NCBI GenBank assembly: GCA_963663965.2
Contig: CAXXFK010000006.1
Location: 192,001 to 256,000, forward strand
Source of the DNA: Sedimentisphaerales bacterium
GTDB taxonomy: Bacteria > Planctomycetota > Phycisphaerae > Sedimentisphaerales > SM23-30
Direction: 5' to 3'
DNA: 64,000 bases
Shown here: piece after piece, positions 11,784-22,880 of the stretch
Numbering within the stretch: position 1 is the first letter of the stretch
Layout: every line of letters begins with the position of its first letter
Position numbers and translations under genes: made by a program
The notes under the pieces: generated by a model
Told to the model about the DNA's origin: nothing
Database searches by the model: none
The model's input: the letters and a program-made list of their open reading frames with translations, nothing else

Positions 11784-12025
11784 GTAAATGGTAAATGAAT
11801 GGTGATAAGAATGAAAAGATTAAAAACATGTGGTATTCATGAAAGGGGGTGTGACCAAAGATAGATGGCTGTAGTTTCGTATATGAAGTGTGTGTGATGG
11901 ATCGATTGCGTGTCAACGGAGTAATGAAGAAACAAAAGAAATGGTAAATGGTAAATTGCCGGTTGTTTTTAAGTCTGTGGGAATGACAGGCAATCAATGA
12001 AAACACAGACTGGAGGTAATCTTTA

Positions 12026-14617
12026 ATGAGACATGTATGTTTATTTTTAATGATTGCAATGTTCGTGGTGGCCTCGGCACCCGCTGAGACGGTGGTGATA
12101 CCTACGACCTTCGGTATCGGTGCGGATGCAGGTGCTGGCGAAGAAGTTGGTGGAGACAGTGGCAATGCTGTGGGCAATTCCATAGGCGTTCGGTATAACG
12201 GTAATGACCGACACTCGGACATGTTCGTACGGTTCGATCTGTCACAGATTGTGCCCGGCTCAATCACCAGCGCAGAAATGCACCTGTTTACCTGGCGTTC
12301 TCAAACAACTCAGCAGCATAACGTCTGGGGCCTCAACGACGGCGTGTCCGACGGCTACAACACAGGGGACGGCTTGACCAGCCACCAGGGAGAGTTCTGG
12401 GCGGAAGACGGAACGTTTAAGTGGAGTACCGCCCCGGAAATGGTGGTTGATGGTAGTTCAGTACGAGCCGAGACCTTCGCCAACAGCGCCAATCTGGGCA
12501 ACTTCACTGCCCCAGGGTCTCAGGGCGCTAATTTTATTGCCCTTAGCGGAACAAATCTGGTCAATTTTCTCAATGCCGACACCAACGGCGTTGTCACGAT
12601 GATTATCGAGCGGATCAGCTCCTCCGGCGGCAATTATGTTGTTTACACGACGAAGGAGACCACGACTCTCAACAGCGGCGCCAGCGTTCCTGCCGGGTCA
12701 ATGGCACCCTATCTTGTACTGGAGGCCCAGTCGTATGCGGTAAGTAATCCGTTACCGGCCGATAATGCGGCGGACGTCGATGCGGCAGGGTTAACGTTGA
12801 GCTGGGATGCGCCCAGTGCGCCGGGAACCTTTACGTATGATGTCTATATGTCTTCGCCGTCTGATCCGTCTGATCCAAACCTGTTGCTGGTATCCGGTGA
12901 CCAGAGCGGCACAAGCTACACTCCATCGCCTCAACTGGCTTATCAGCAGGGATACAACTGGCGTGTGGATTCTCGGCAGGGCGGCTCAGTCGTTGCTGCC
13001 GGCAACGAGTGGTCATTTGAGACGGGCGGCGGCGTTTCCAATCTGTCTCCGACCGACGGCAGCGAAAAGGTCGGCTACGCGAAAGTCCTGCTGGACTGGG
13101 ACGCTGCTGACTGGGTGTCCAGCTTTGATGTGTACTTTAGTGACAATCCGGGCGACCTGGGCACGCCGGTCAACACGACCGAGACCGAGCTTCTGGTTGC
13201 CGTGGATCCGAATACCGTTTATTACTGGGCGGTGGATACCAAGGATGCCGGCGGTTCGGTGATCCTGGCCGGTGAGACCTTGAGTTTCTCGTCCGGTGTG
13301 ATGATCGCCCATTGGAAACTGGACGAGACCAGCGGTACGGTCGCGGCCGATTCGTCCGGCAACGGCTATGACATGGATGTCTCCGCTGTGGATCCGAATG
13401 GTACGGCCTGGACGGACGCCGTTATCCGCGGCGGTTTGGAAATGGTCCCGCCTCCGGATTATGCTGCTGTTAATACTAGCATCGGCATGGGCGATTTGGA
13501 TCAGGTTTCGGCAAGTGTATGGCTCAACAGGTCTGATTTTGCTGAGAGAACGAATCAGTATCCTTTTAATATTCGCGGCTTACATGAGCTTACAGTTGGT
13601 ATAACGACTGATGATAATGGGCTCTTTGTTTGGTTCATTGACGACGGTGTCAGAACTACTTGGACGCCAGGTATTACGATCCAGGCCGAAGAGTGGTATC
13701 ACGTGGTGGTTACTTACGACCTGAACAGCAGTCCCCGGTGTAAATTATATCTGAACGGCAGCTACGTCGCGGGAACCAATATGTCATCGACACCGAAAAC
13801 GCTGGACACATTCCAGTTTGGCGGCCGCGTGGGCGGCCCGATGGATGATGCCCGGGTTTACAACGCGGCGCTGTCGGCGCAGGATGTAGCAGACCTGTAT
13901 GCCGAAGACGCCCGTGCCAAGAATCCGGACCCGGCCGATACCGAAGACCGCACGCCCTCGGATGTGGTCTGTGCGTGGGATCCCGGGTACGATATCACGG
14001 GTCAGACGTTCCAGATCTCCGAGACGGACGATTTCAGTACGCTGCTTGACAGCGCCACACTGGCGGCCGGCGCCACCAGCTACGATCCGCTGGGCGGAAC
14101 CAATCTGGACTTGGATACGGTGTACTACTGGCGTATCCTTTCCGAGCAGGGCAGCGGTACCTGGACCGTTGAAGGTACGACCTGGTCGTTTAAGACGATT
14201 GGCCCGGTCGCGACCGATCCGGACCCGGCTGATACCGAAGTAGATGTGGCTCAAAACAAGGTCCTCGGCTGGCTGGCCGGAGCCAACTATAATCCCAACA
14301 CCACCGATGAGCACCAGGTGTATATTGCCGCCGGGACGACAGAGGCGGCTCTGCCGCCGTTCCCGACTGCAACGGTTCAATCCAATGCGTTTGATCCGGA
14401 CCTGGATTATGAAACGGCGTATGTCTGGCGTGTGGATGAACTGATCGGCGGAACGCTGTACACCGGCGATGTGTGGTCCTTTACGACCGGTGCGCGGATT
14501 TGCGATCCGGAACTGGCCGGTGATACCAACGGCGACTGCGTGGTGGATATGACGGACTTTGCGAATATGGTTGCCAACTGGCTGGAGTGCACCCTGGTCA
14601 ACGGGGATTGCCCCTAA
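12026..14617 (+). CDS. Secreted multidomain protein: DNRLRE/CBM96-like N-domain, FN3/Ig-like repeats, LamG, C-terminal dockerin-like motif
   Basis: Signal peptide; repeated 'P.PAD...LSW...YDVY...YxWRVD' modules; LamG motifs; GDTNGDCVVDMTDF...W tail; no catalytic motif recognised. Confidence 0.8.
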   Translation: MRHVCLFLMIAMFVVASAPAETVVIPTTFGIGADAGAGEEVGGDSGNAVGNSIGVRYNGNDRHSDMFVRFDLSQIVPGSITSAEMHLFTWRSQTTQQHNVWGLNDGVSDGYNTGDGLTSHQGEFWAEDGTFKWSTAPEMVVDGSSVRAETFANSANLGNFTAPGSQGANFIALSGTNLVNFLNADTNGVVTMIIERISSSGGNYVVYTTKETTTLNSGASVPAGSMAPYLVLEAQSYAVSNPLPADNAADVDAAGLTLSWDAPSAPGTFTYDVYMSSPSDPSDPNLLLVSGDQSGTSYTPSPQLAYQQGYNWRVDSRQGGSVVAAGNEWSFETGGGVSNLSPTDGSEKVGYAKVLLDWDAADWVSSFDVYFSDNPGDLGTPVNTTETELLVAVDPNTVYYWAVDTKDAGGSVILAGETLSFSSGVMIAHWKLDETSGTVAADSSGNGYDMDVSAVDPNGTAWTDAVIRGGLEMVPPPDYAAVNTSIGMGDLDQVSASVWLNRSDFAERTNQYPFNIRGLHELTVGITTDDNGLFVWFIDDGVRTTWTPGITIQAEEWYHVVVTYDLNSSPRCKLYLNGSYVAGTNMSSTPKTLDTFQFGGRVGGPMDDARVYNAALSAQDVADLYAEDARAKNPDPADTEDRTPSDVVCAWDPGYDITGQTFQISETDDFSTLLDSATLAAGATSYDPLGGTNLDLDTVYYWRILSEQGSGTWTVEGTTWSFKTIGPVATDPDPADTEVDVAQNKVLGWLAGANYNPNTTDEHQVYIAAGTTEAALPPFPTATVQSNAFDPDLDYETAYVWRVDELIGGTLYTGDVWSFTTGARICDPELAGDTNGDCVVDMTDFANMVANWLECTLVNGDCP

Positions 14618-14698
14618 CATAGTATTTGATGTAATGTGAACGCATATTTATTTAAGCGGTCCTTCTCACTTCCTCGGCGGGAAGGACCGCATGCTTAA
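14513..14698 (+). repeat. 186-bp direct repeat, copy 1 (dockerin-like tail + 3' UTR + hairpin)
   Basis: Matches 16328-16513 with 5 mismatches by manual comparison. Confidence 0.95.
14656..14690 (+). terminator. Stem-loop (terminator or mRNA stabiliser)
   Basis: gcggtccttc-N15-gaaggaccgc perfect 10-bp stem; weak U-tract. Confidence 0.6.
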
Positions 14699-14740
14699 TC
14701 GGCCGGGTGTTATTTTTATAACTTATCGAAAAGTAACAAT

Positions 14741-16432
14741 ATGTGCAACGTAATGAGAGCTTTTGTTTACAGTCTTTTTTCCCTGTTTCTGGTTCTTCCA
14801 GGTGTCGGTATGAGCGACATCAGCGTCGTGTGTGTTGGGGACTCGATTGTCGCAACGTACCCGGATACGGATTACCACCAGGGATGGGGTGAATCTATTA
14901 AAGAAAAACTCGTCAACACGACAGTTTACAACCATGCTGCGGGCGGGCGAAGTTCCAAGAGTTTTATTAATGAAGGTCTCTGGGCGAACGCCTTAGATCG
15001 GGTGGACAGCACATCAGCCGCATATGTCTTTATCGAGTTCGGTCACAATGACAATCCCGGCAAGGGGGAAGATCGTGAAACGGACCCCGGCGTCGATGGT
15101 GATTTCCGCGATTACATTCGGCAATATATTGATGACTCACGGGCACATGGAGCCATTCCGATTCTGGTAACGCCGCCACCCCGTCGATGGTTCAGCGGAG
15201 GCGTAGTCGGTGACACAGGCAACCTGCCCTATGCGGAAGCTATGATTGCCGTGGCCGCTGAAAAATCATGCAGTGTTGTCGATCTGAACACGCAAGTCCG
15301 GGACCTGTATAACAGTCTCGGTGAAGCTGGCAGCGACTATCTGATGGGAACATCATCATTATCGTACTGGACAAAAGATAATACACATTTTTCACATGCC
15401 GGGGCAATGATTCTGGCGGGCATGATTGTTGATGATTTATTGAGCCAAGAGGCTGGCCTGGTATCTTATATCGATTCCGATGGCGGCCCCGGTGCGATTG
15501 GCCCAGCCGTTTCACCGGTTCCAACTGATGAAGCGGTCGGAATTGATATCGAACCGACACTTTCATGGACCGCCGGGGCGAATGCATTGGGCCATGCGAT
15601 TAATTTCGGAACGACCAATCCCCCACCCTTTATCGGCAATATCACCGTCAATACACCCACACGCTATACGCCTGGCACATTAGAGCCGGGTGTTACTTAT
15701 TATTGGCAAATCGATTCGGTCAATCAGCGGGGATGGATGACTGGAAGCGTCTGGAGCTTTACGACATCACCGTACATTGAAATCAGGACCACGTACGCGA
15801 CAGACAGTAGCCGAACTGCCATTCAAACACCAAATACCGTTGTGGGGGGTGGAGAGAAACTCAGCGTACGGTCAGATGCCAGCGCGTTCAAATCGTGGAT
15901 CAAGTTTGACGTTAGCGGTTTGGATGTTGGTTCTCTGACAAGTGCTAAATTGAGATTAACGGTGTATGATAACCCGAGGTCAGTCTGTAATTTGTCGGTA
16001 ATTAATGACACCTATACAACGAATATCGGATGGACCTCTGCGGATCTGACATGGAACAATGCGCCGGGCAATAGTACCGGCAGTTATACGTCACTTGATT
16101 CGTCAGCAGCGACACTGGTTAAAACCTTTAATTATAGCAGTGCTACGCCGGGGGATCAGCTTTTCTTTGATGTGCTTCCGCTTCTTCAGGCTGATACGGA
16201 TGGGATTGTACAGTTTGTTTTGCATGGATCAAATGGGTGGACAAACTTTTACTCAGATGTCGCTGCCGGTGGCGAAGCTTATTATCCTGCGCTGGTAACC
16301 ACCAGTGTGCGAATCTGCGGTCCGCCGCTGGCCGGTGATACCAACGGCGACTGCGTGGTGGATATGACGGACTTTGCGAATATGGTTGCCAACTGGCTGG
16401 AGTGCACCCTGGCCAACGGAGATTGTCCCTAA
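14741..16432 (+). CDS. Secreted CE12 rhamnogalacturonan acetylesterase (SGNH) + FN3-like + DNRLRE-like + dockerin-like
   Basis: SGNH blocks GDS, GRSSKSF, EFGHND, DNTH; the dockerin-like tail is nearly identical to that of the upstream gene. Confidence 0.9.
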   Translation: MCNVMRAFVYSLFSLFLVLPGVGMSDISVVCVGDSIVATYPDTDYHQGWGESIKEKLVNTTVYNHAAGGRSSKSFINEGLWANALDRVDSTSAAYVFIEFGHNDNPGKGEDRETDPGVDGDFRDYIRQYIDDSRAHGAIPILVTPPPRRWFSGGVVGDTGNLPYAEAMIAVAAEKSCSVVDLNTQVRDLYNSLGEAGSDYLMGTSSLSYWTKDNTHFSHAGAMILAGMIVDDLLSQEAGLVSYIDSDGGPGAIGPAVSPVPTDEAVGIDIEPTLSWTAGANALGHAINFGTTNPPPFIGNITVNTPTRYTPGTLEPGVTYYWQIDSVNQRGWMTGSVWSFTTSPYIEIRTTYATDSSRTAIQTPNTVVGGGEKLSVRSDASAFKSWIKFDVSGLDVGSLTSAKLRLTVYDNPRSVCNLSVINDTYTTNIGWTSADLTWNNAPGNSTGSYTSLDSSAATLVKTFNYSSATPGDQLFFDVLPLLQADTDGIVQFVLHGSNGWTNFYSDVAAGGEAYYPALVTTSVRICGPPLAGDTNGDCVVDMTDFANMVANWLECTLANGDCP

Positions 16433-16513
16433 CGTAGTGTTTGATGTAATGTGAACGCATATTTATTTAAGCGGTCCTTCTCACTTCCTCGGCGGGAAGG
16501 ACCGCATGCTTAA
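16328..16513 (+). repeat. 186-bp direct repeat, copy 2
   Basis: Near-identical to 14513-14698, including the hairpin at 16471-16505. Confidence 0.95.
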
Positions 16514-16573
16514 AAACAGTGAAATACAAGTCTTTTATCTCTGCCATATTCGGGGATAACAGATAGCGGAGAA

Positions 16574-16801
16574 ATGAGAATGATCAAGTTTAGCTGCGGT
16601 GAATGTGGGAAAGTTTTCCGTATTTCTGATCAATACGCCGGAAAACGTGTCAGATGTAAGGGGTGTAACCGAGTTAATACGATTCCTTGGCCGCAAGATG
16701 AAGCACTGGGCAAGGGTGATAGCGTTGCGATGTATAACGCTCTTCTGAGAGAGTTGGCAAAGGCTGAAGAATCAGCGCCAACGGTAGAGATCGAGACTTA
16801 A
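16574..16801 (+). CDS. Small zinc-ribbon protein
   Basis: RBS GGAG; 'CGECGK...AGKRVRCKGC' CxxC...CxxC pattern. Confidence 0.75.
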   Translation: MRMIKFSCGECGKVFRISDQYAGKRVRCKGCNRVNTIPWPQDEALGKGDSVAMYNALLRELAKAEESAPTVEIET

Positions 16802-16934
16802 AGCGGCACTTTAATAAAGAATGGCGACTCTATTTGGCTACAAGCGTATGAGGCATACGAGCAAGGCCAGGGTTGCTTTATGACTGTAACATGAGACTCT
16901 AAACAGGCATGATTTATCGTATAGTGGGGTAACA

Positions 16935-19865
16935 ATGACTTCTAAAATGTATAGAATTATATTTTTAATCTTAGCCGCAGCGTTCATCGGACAGGTTGCA
17001 AATGCCGAGACGGTGATTCTTAAGACCACCTATGGCAACGGGGCTGACGCTTCAGCCAGTGAGAGTTATAGTACTGATGCCGGCAATGCGCTGGGAACCC
17101 AAATGGCGGTTATGTATAACGACGTCACGGGCCATGCGATCGGCTTTGTACGGTTCGATCTGTCACAGATTGTTCCCGGCTCGATCACGGGTGCCGAGCT
17201 GCACCTTTTTCCATGGCGTGACCAAACGACATTGGAACACACTGTTTGGGGGCTCAATGACGGGTATAGCGCTGCCGGTACGCATCAGGGAGAATTCTGG
17301 GCAGAAGACGAAACGTTTACCTGGAGTACCGCTCCGGAAACCGTGGTCGATGGCGATGTTGTCCGTGGGGAGACTTTTTCCAACAGCACATCCCTTGGGA
17401 CCTTTACGGCGCCGCAATCTGCGGGCACCGATTTCACGGCTCTTAGCGGGGCGAATCTGGTTAATTTTCTGAATGCCGATACCAACGGTGTGGTCACATT
17501 TATCATCGAACGAATCAGTTCGGTCGGGGGCAACTACATCGTTTATACGACCAAAGAGACCACGGATTTGGTGTACTCCGTCCAGACAGCCGAAGCCGGA
17601 ACGTGGGCTCCTTACCTGGAGTTGGAGGCCCAGTCGTATGCGGTGAGTAACCCTTCTGTGGAGCTTCATGCGGATGAGATTGATCCGGCCGGTCTGACAT
17701 TGAGCTGGGATGCGCCCAGCGCTCCGGGAACCTTTACGTATGACGTCTATATGAGCTCGGCGTTAGACCCAACCTTGCAGTTGGTGTCCGGCGACCAGGA
17801 GGGGACGAGTTATACGCCGTCGCCGGAACTGGCCTATGGAGCAACGTATTACTGGCGAGTGGACAGTCGGCAGAATGGTTCGATCGCGACCGTTGGTACA
17901 GAGTGGTTGTTTACTACCGGTGGCGGCGCAGAAAATCCGTTTCCGGCTGATGGCCAGAGGGTCTATGATCATATGCCCGTCTTGTGCTGGGATGCGACCT
18001 TAGCAAGCTATTATGATGTTTATATCAGCAACGCCCCCGCAGATATGGGAAGCCCGATCCAAACGACGGGTAACTCGCTTCGGGCCTATGGCGATCTCAG
18101 TTCACAGGTTTCGTATTTTCCATATTACTGGCGTGTGGATACGCGTAATGCCCAAGGCGATCTGATGGCGGTCGGCCCGGTCTGGCGTTTTGACATCGGC
18201 CGGCGTATACCGGCTTTTCCATCGGCTGAAGGTGCGGGCCGCTATGCTGAAGGCGGACGCGGCGGCGATGTGTATCATGTAACGAATCTGGATGACGATG
18301 GTCCCGGATCGCTGCGTTATGGGCTGGACAATCCATCCGGACCTTGCACGATTGTCTTTGACGTTAGCGGTAATATTCAGCTGCAAAGCCCCTTGTCAAT
18401 TGGCTCAGATATCACGATTGCCGGCCAGACCGCTCCCGGCGAGGGCATTACCATCTGTGGCTGGCAGACGGATATTAGCGACGCAGAGAATGTCATCATT
18501 CGCTACCTGCGGTTTCGACCCGGGGATACGAATTGTCCTGATTATCAGGCAGATTCGCTAAGTGCGACTAATAGCAGTCATGTGATGATCGATCATGTCA
18601 GTGCTTCCTGGTCGATGGATGAAACCTTATCCGTTACTAAAAATGTTCGTGATTCGACGGTGCAATGGTCGATGATCACCGAGTCGCTGAAATGCTCCTG
18701 TCATCTAAAGGGCTGTCATGGCTATGGATCACTTATTGACGGTGGCGATATTACCTACCACCACAACCTTTATGCGCACCACTCAGGACGCAATCCGCGA
18801 CCTGGAGCCACCGGCCCAGTCAGTACACGGCTGGACTTTGTCAATAACGTCATCTATAATCCCGGCTGGTCCTATGGTTATACGACATCGAATCCTGCCG
18901 GGTTATATATGAACTATGTTGGTAACTATGGTATCAGCGGATTGAATACCACCAACTCGGCATTGTTTGATTGTACGGATACGACGACCCATATCTATCA
19001 GTCCGGCAATCTGATGGATACCAATAAAAATGGTGTTCTTGACGGTACCAACCAGGGCTGGAATACATTCACTGGCCCGGAAGTACAGCATGCTCAGCGG
19101 TTTGACCTGCCGCCGGTCGAAACGCGCAGCGCTGAAGATGCCTATAACCTGGTATTGGATTATGCGGGTGCATCACTGGTTCGTGATGCCGTGGACACAC
19201 GGGTGGTTAACTCCGTGCTGAATCAGACTGGCGGTCAAATCAATTCCCAGGATGATGTCGGCGGATGGCCGGTACTGACGTCACTACCGGCGCCGACCGA
19301 TACGGATCAGGATGGTATGCCGGATGCATGGGAAATCGCCCAGGGACTGAATCCCACTAATCCTGAGGACCGCAATGGAATCGATCTTTTAGACGGGGGG
19401 TATACCCATCTGGAAGTCTATTTGAACACGCTGGCTGGTGGCGGATGGCCCCAGATTGCTTCCGGTGCGCATCCGGCCAACGGAGCCGAAAATGTGGCCC
19501 GCAACGCCATGCTGGGCTGGCTGGCCGGTTCGGGTTTCGATGGCGAGGCGGGCGATACGCATCAGATGTATATTGCTGCGGGTTCTTTGGGAACCGATTT
19601 GCCCGGCTCTCCAACAGCTTCAGTGAGTGCCCCTGTTTTTGATCCGGACTTGGCATTTGAAACCCAATACGTCTGGCGTGTGGATGAAACGATTGACGGG
19701 ACGACCTATACGGGCGATGTGTGGACCTTTACCACCGGTTCACCGCTGTGTGACCCGCCGCTGGCTGGTGATGCCAACGGCGACTGTGTGGTGAATATGA
19801 CGGATTTGGCCCAGCTCGTTGCTGACTGGCTGATGTGTACACATATCAGTGGTAATTGTCCCTGA
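16935..19865 (+). CDS. Secreted PL1 pectate lyase with DNRLRE-like/FN3-like modules and dockerin-like tail
   Basis: 'AFPSAEGAG...GGRGG', 'IAGQTAPG', 'IDHVSASWSMDE', 'RNPR'; 'DTDQDGMPDAWE' Ca-binding repeat. Confidence 0.92.
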   Translation: MTSKMYRIIFLILAAAFIGQVANAETVILKTTYGNGADASASESYSTDAGNALGTQMAVMYNDVTGHAIGFVRFDLSQIVPGSITGAELHLFPWRDQTTLEHTVWGLNDGYSAAGTHQGEFWAEDETFTWSTAPETVVDGDVVRGETFSNSTSLGTFTAPQSAGTDFTALSGANLVNFLNADTNGVVTFIIERISSVGGNYIVYTTKETTDLVYSVQTAEAGTWAPYLELEAQSYAVSNPSVELHADEIDPAGLTLSWDAPSAPGTFTYDVYMSSALDPTLQLVSGDQEGTSYTPSPELAYGATYYWRVDSRQNGSIATVGTEWLFTTGGGAENPFPADGQRVYDHMPVLCWDATLASYYDVYISNAPADMGSPIQTTGNSLRAYGDLSSQVSYFPYYWRVDTRNAQGDLMAVGPVWRFDIGRRIPAFPSAEGAGRYAEGGRGGDVYHVTNLDDDGPGSLRYGLDNPSGPCTIVFDVSGNIQLQSPLSIGSDITIAGQTAPGEGITICGWQTDISDAENVIIRYLRFRPGDTNCPDYQADSLSATNSSHVMIDHVSASWSMDETLSVTKNVRDSTVQWSMITESLKCSCHLKGCHGYGSLIDGGDITYHHNLYAHHSGRNPRPGATGPVSTRLDFVNNVIYNPGWSYGYTTSNPAGLYMNYVGNYGISGLNTTNSALFDCTDTTTHIYQSGNLMDTNKNGVLDGTNQGWNTFTGPEVQHAQRFDLPPVETRSAEDAYNLVLDYAGASLVRDAVDTRVVNSVLNQTGGQINSQDDVGGWPVLTSLPAPTDTDQDGMPDAWEIAQGLNPTNPEDRNGIDLLDGGYTHLEVYLNTLAGGGWPQIASGAHPANGAENVARNAMLGWLAGSGFDGEAGDTHQMYIAAGSLGTDLPGSPTASVSAPVFDPDLAFETQYVWRVDETIDGTTYTGDVWTFTTGSPLCDPPLAGDANGDCVVNMTDLAQLVADWLMCTHISGNCP

Positions 19866-19893
19866 TGGAAAACAGAATTTTTGGAGATATATT

Positions 19894-22652
19894 ATGTTAA
19901 GACAAATACCATCGTCACGAAATATTTTATCTGTGGTTGCGATCCTTATATCCATTAGCGCCTTGGCCGAGGGGATAACAGTGACCACCTTCTTTCCGCA
20001 GACCGGCACATCGGATTTGTGTCCTGATACACCACTGCAGATAACATTCAACGAGGCGCCTTATCTCGGGACAAGCGGCCGCCTTCGTATTTTCAATGCG
20101 GCAGACGATTCCGTTGTTGACACGATTGATTTGTCGGTCTCTCTGCAGCAAAAATACATTGGCGGTGTATTATATAATTATTATCCGGTTATCATTTCGG
20201 GCAATACCGCCAGCATCTATCTGCACGCAAGCGATGTTCTTTCATACGGCCAGACGTATTATGTTCTGACCGATTCCGGAGTTTTTAGGAATTCGGTTGG
20301 TGTACCTTTTGCGGGGATTACGGATCCAATGATGTGGCGGTTTACGATCCGGGCTGCGGGGCCTGCTGCAGGTACGACGTCTCTGTTTGTTGCCGCCGAT
20401 GGTTCCGGTGATTTCTGTACCCTTCAAGGGGCGATTGATTTTGTGCCTGATGACAATAGCGCCCCGACGCTGATCAATGTCAAGAGCGGTATCTATCCGG
20501 AGATTGTACGGGTCCCAGTCGGTAAAGATGCTTTAACCATCCAGGGCGATGGCCGCGATACAACCCGGGTTACCTATTCGAATAATGCTAATTTTAATGG
20601 CGGTACAGATGTTCGCGGTCTTTTTCGTGTCGCCGCGGATGATTTTACGCTGTATGACATAACCCTGCACAACACCACGCCTCAAGGTGGCTCTCAGGCT
20701 GAGTCACTGGTGTTTACCGGGAATCGTGGTTTTATTCAGCAATGCACTTTATTGAGCTATCAGGACACGATTCTTGCTACGGGCCCGGTATATTTTCGTG
20801 ATTGTGTAATCGAAGGAGATGTTGACTTTATGTGGGGTTCTGGCAGATGCTTCTATCAGAACTGTACGATTAAATGCCTGCGTTCTGTCGGGGTGTATCA
20901 CACAAATCCGTAATAATGCCGAGGGCAACGGGAACATTTATGTGGATTGTACGCTGACGGCTTCTCCGGGTGTTTCCGGTGTTTATCTGTCTCGAATTGA
21001 TCCTGTTCAGTTTTCCCTATAGTCAGGTCGTGTGGATTGACTGTGTCATGGGGTCTTTTATCCATCCGGCCGGCTGGTCGATCTCATCCGGAAGTACATC
21101 GAACCTTCAGTTCTGGGAATATCACAGTACGAATCAGAGCGGTGCGTTAATTAATGTTTCACAGCGGCATGCGGCATCGCGTCAACTGACTGATACAGAA
21201 GCGGCCTTCTGGCGCGCCCCTCAGAATGTTCTGGGATGGGTGCCGGTCCCCATACTGCGTATGGCATACAATCCGTTCCCGGCAAATAAGGAAACAGATG
21301 TCGGTAAGGAGACTGCTTTAAGCTGGTCTGCCGGTCTTGACTTCGATGCAGATACAGGCGATGTTCATGAGGTTTATTTAGCGGCCGGCTCCTTAGAATC
21401 CGATCTGCCCGAGTCGCCGACCGTCACTCTCAGTTCCGCCAGTTATGAGCCCATGTTGGAATATGACACGCAGTATGTCTGGCGTGTCGATGAAGTCATC
21501 GATGGGGTCACATATCCTGGCTCTGTGTGGACCTTTACCATTCTTGAACCCATTGCTCTGGCTCCAAACCCAAACAACGGTCAAATAAATGTTCCTCTAA
21601 ACCAGATTCTCAGCTGGCAAGCCGGTCAGGGGTATGATCCCAATACCACCGATGAACATCAAGTATATTTTGCACTTGGCAGTAGCCAGTCGGATTTGCC
21701 TTCCATTCCAACGGCCACGGTCAAATCGGCAGTATTTGATCCTAATTTGCAATGGCTGTCGCAATACGTCTGGCGTGTGGATGAGATTATCGACGGCACG
21801 CGGTATCCCGGCGATGTGTGGAGTTTCACGACGGGGTCACTGCCTGGGGCCGTTGGGCACTGGACACTGGATGACGGTAGCGGTGTGGTTGCGACGGATT
21901 CAACCGACAACCGTTTTGATGCCCTCTTAAACGATGGATCAGACTGGACGGCCGGTCTTTTTGATGGCGCGTTATTGTATTCCTTGGATGCATCGCCAAC
22001 CCTTGCAGAACCCCATCTGATCAGTGTTGATGAATTGTCATTTAGTGCCTGGTTCAATCATGCAGAAACAAGCTCCCATCAGTTTTTTGGGGCAGGCATC
22101 AATAACGGCAGCAACGAATGGTATATTTATCGGTATGGCGGTTACGGGCACATTCAAATTGATACGCCCAGCGACAGTTCCAACACCTGGTACACGGGGG
22201 TGACCCCCTCGGATAACCAGTGGCATCATTTGGTGGTCACTTTTGACCGAACAGCCCGGACAATCCGGCTGTATCTGGACGGAGTCCAGCGGGCTCAAAC
22301 GGTTAAATCAGCGATGAGGCCTAAAACCCTGTATCAGCTTGAATGGGGGGAGGGCATGAACGGCATCATGGATGATATTCAGATTTATGATAAGGTGCTG
22401 ACTGCGCAGGATGTGGCGGGTTTGTATCTTTGCGGCGAAATACCGTCCTTGGCGGATATAAACGGCGATTGCATTGTGGATTTGACAGACCTTTCGCAAA
22501 TGGCGGTTGAGTGGCTTATGGATGTGAATCCGTCGTGCGATCCGCCGCTGGCCGGGGATACCAATGGCGACTGCGTGGTGGATATGACGGATTTGGCTCA
22601 ACTCGCTGCTGACTGGCTGATATGTAGGCATATCAGCGGTAATTGTCCCTGA
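19894..22652 (+). CDS. Secreted CE8 pectin methylesterase + Ig/FN3-like + LamG + two dockerin-like motifs (frameshifts near 20890 and 21010)
   Basis: 'ADGSGDFCTLQGAID', 'GSQAE', 'YQDT', 'GDVDFMWG'; continues in the +1 frames 'ITQIRN...YLSRIDP' and 'FPYSQVV...HPAGW'. Confidence 0.88.
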
Positions 22653-22880
22653 TGAAACATCTTACAAATAAATTTCATGAGTGGATCAGAAAAAACGATA
22701 AAGCTATAGACTTGTTTTCAGACTTATACGCCTGTTTTTATGGATAGCGCCGCTTCCCTGTGTTGCAGTTGTCAAGGAGGGAGTTTAACAGGAAATCTTG
22801 ATGTTAACGATGGCTCAATAAACAGCAGTATCACTGATTATATTGATATAGAGAAAAATTTCAGAGAAAGAGTGAGTATT

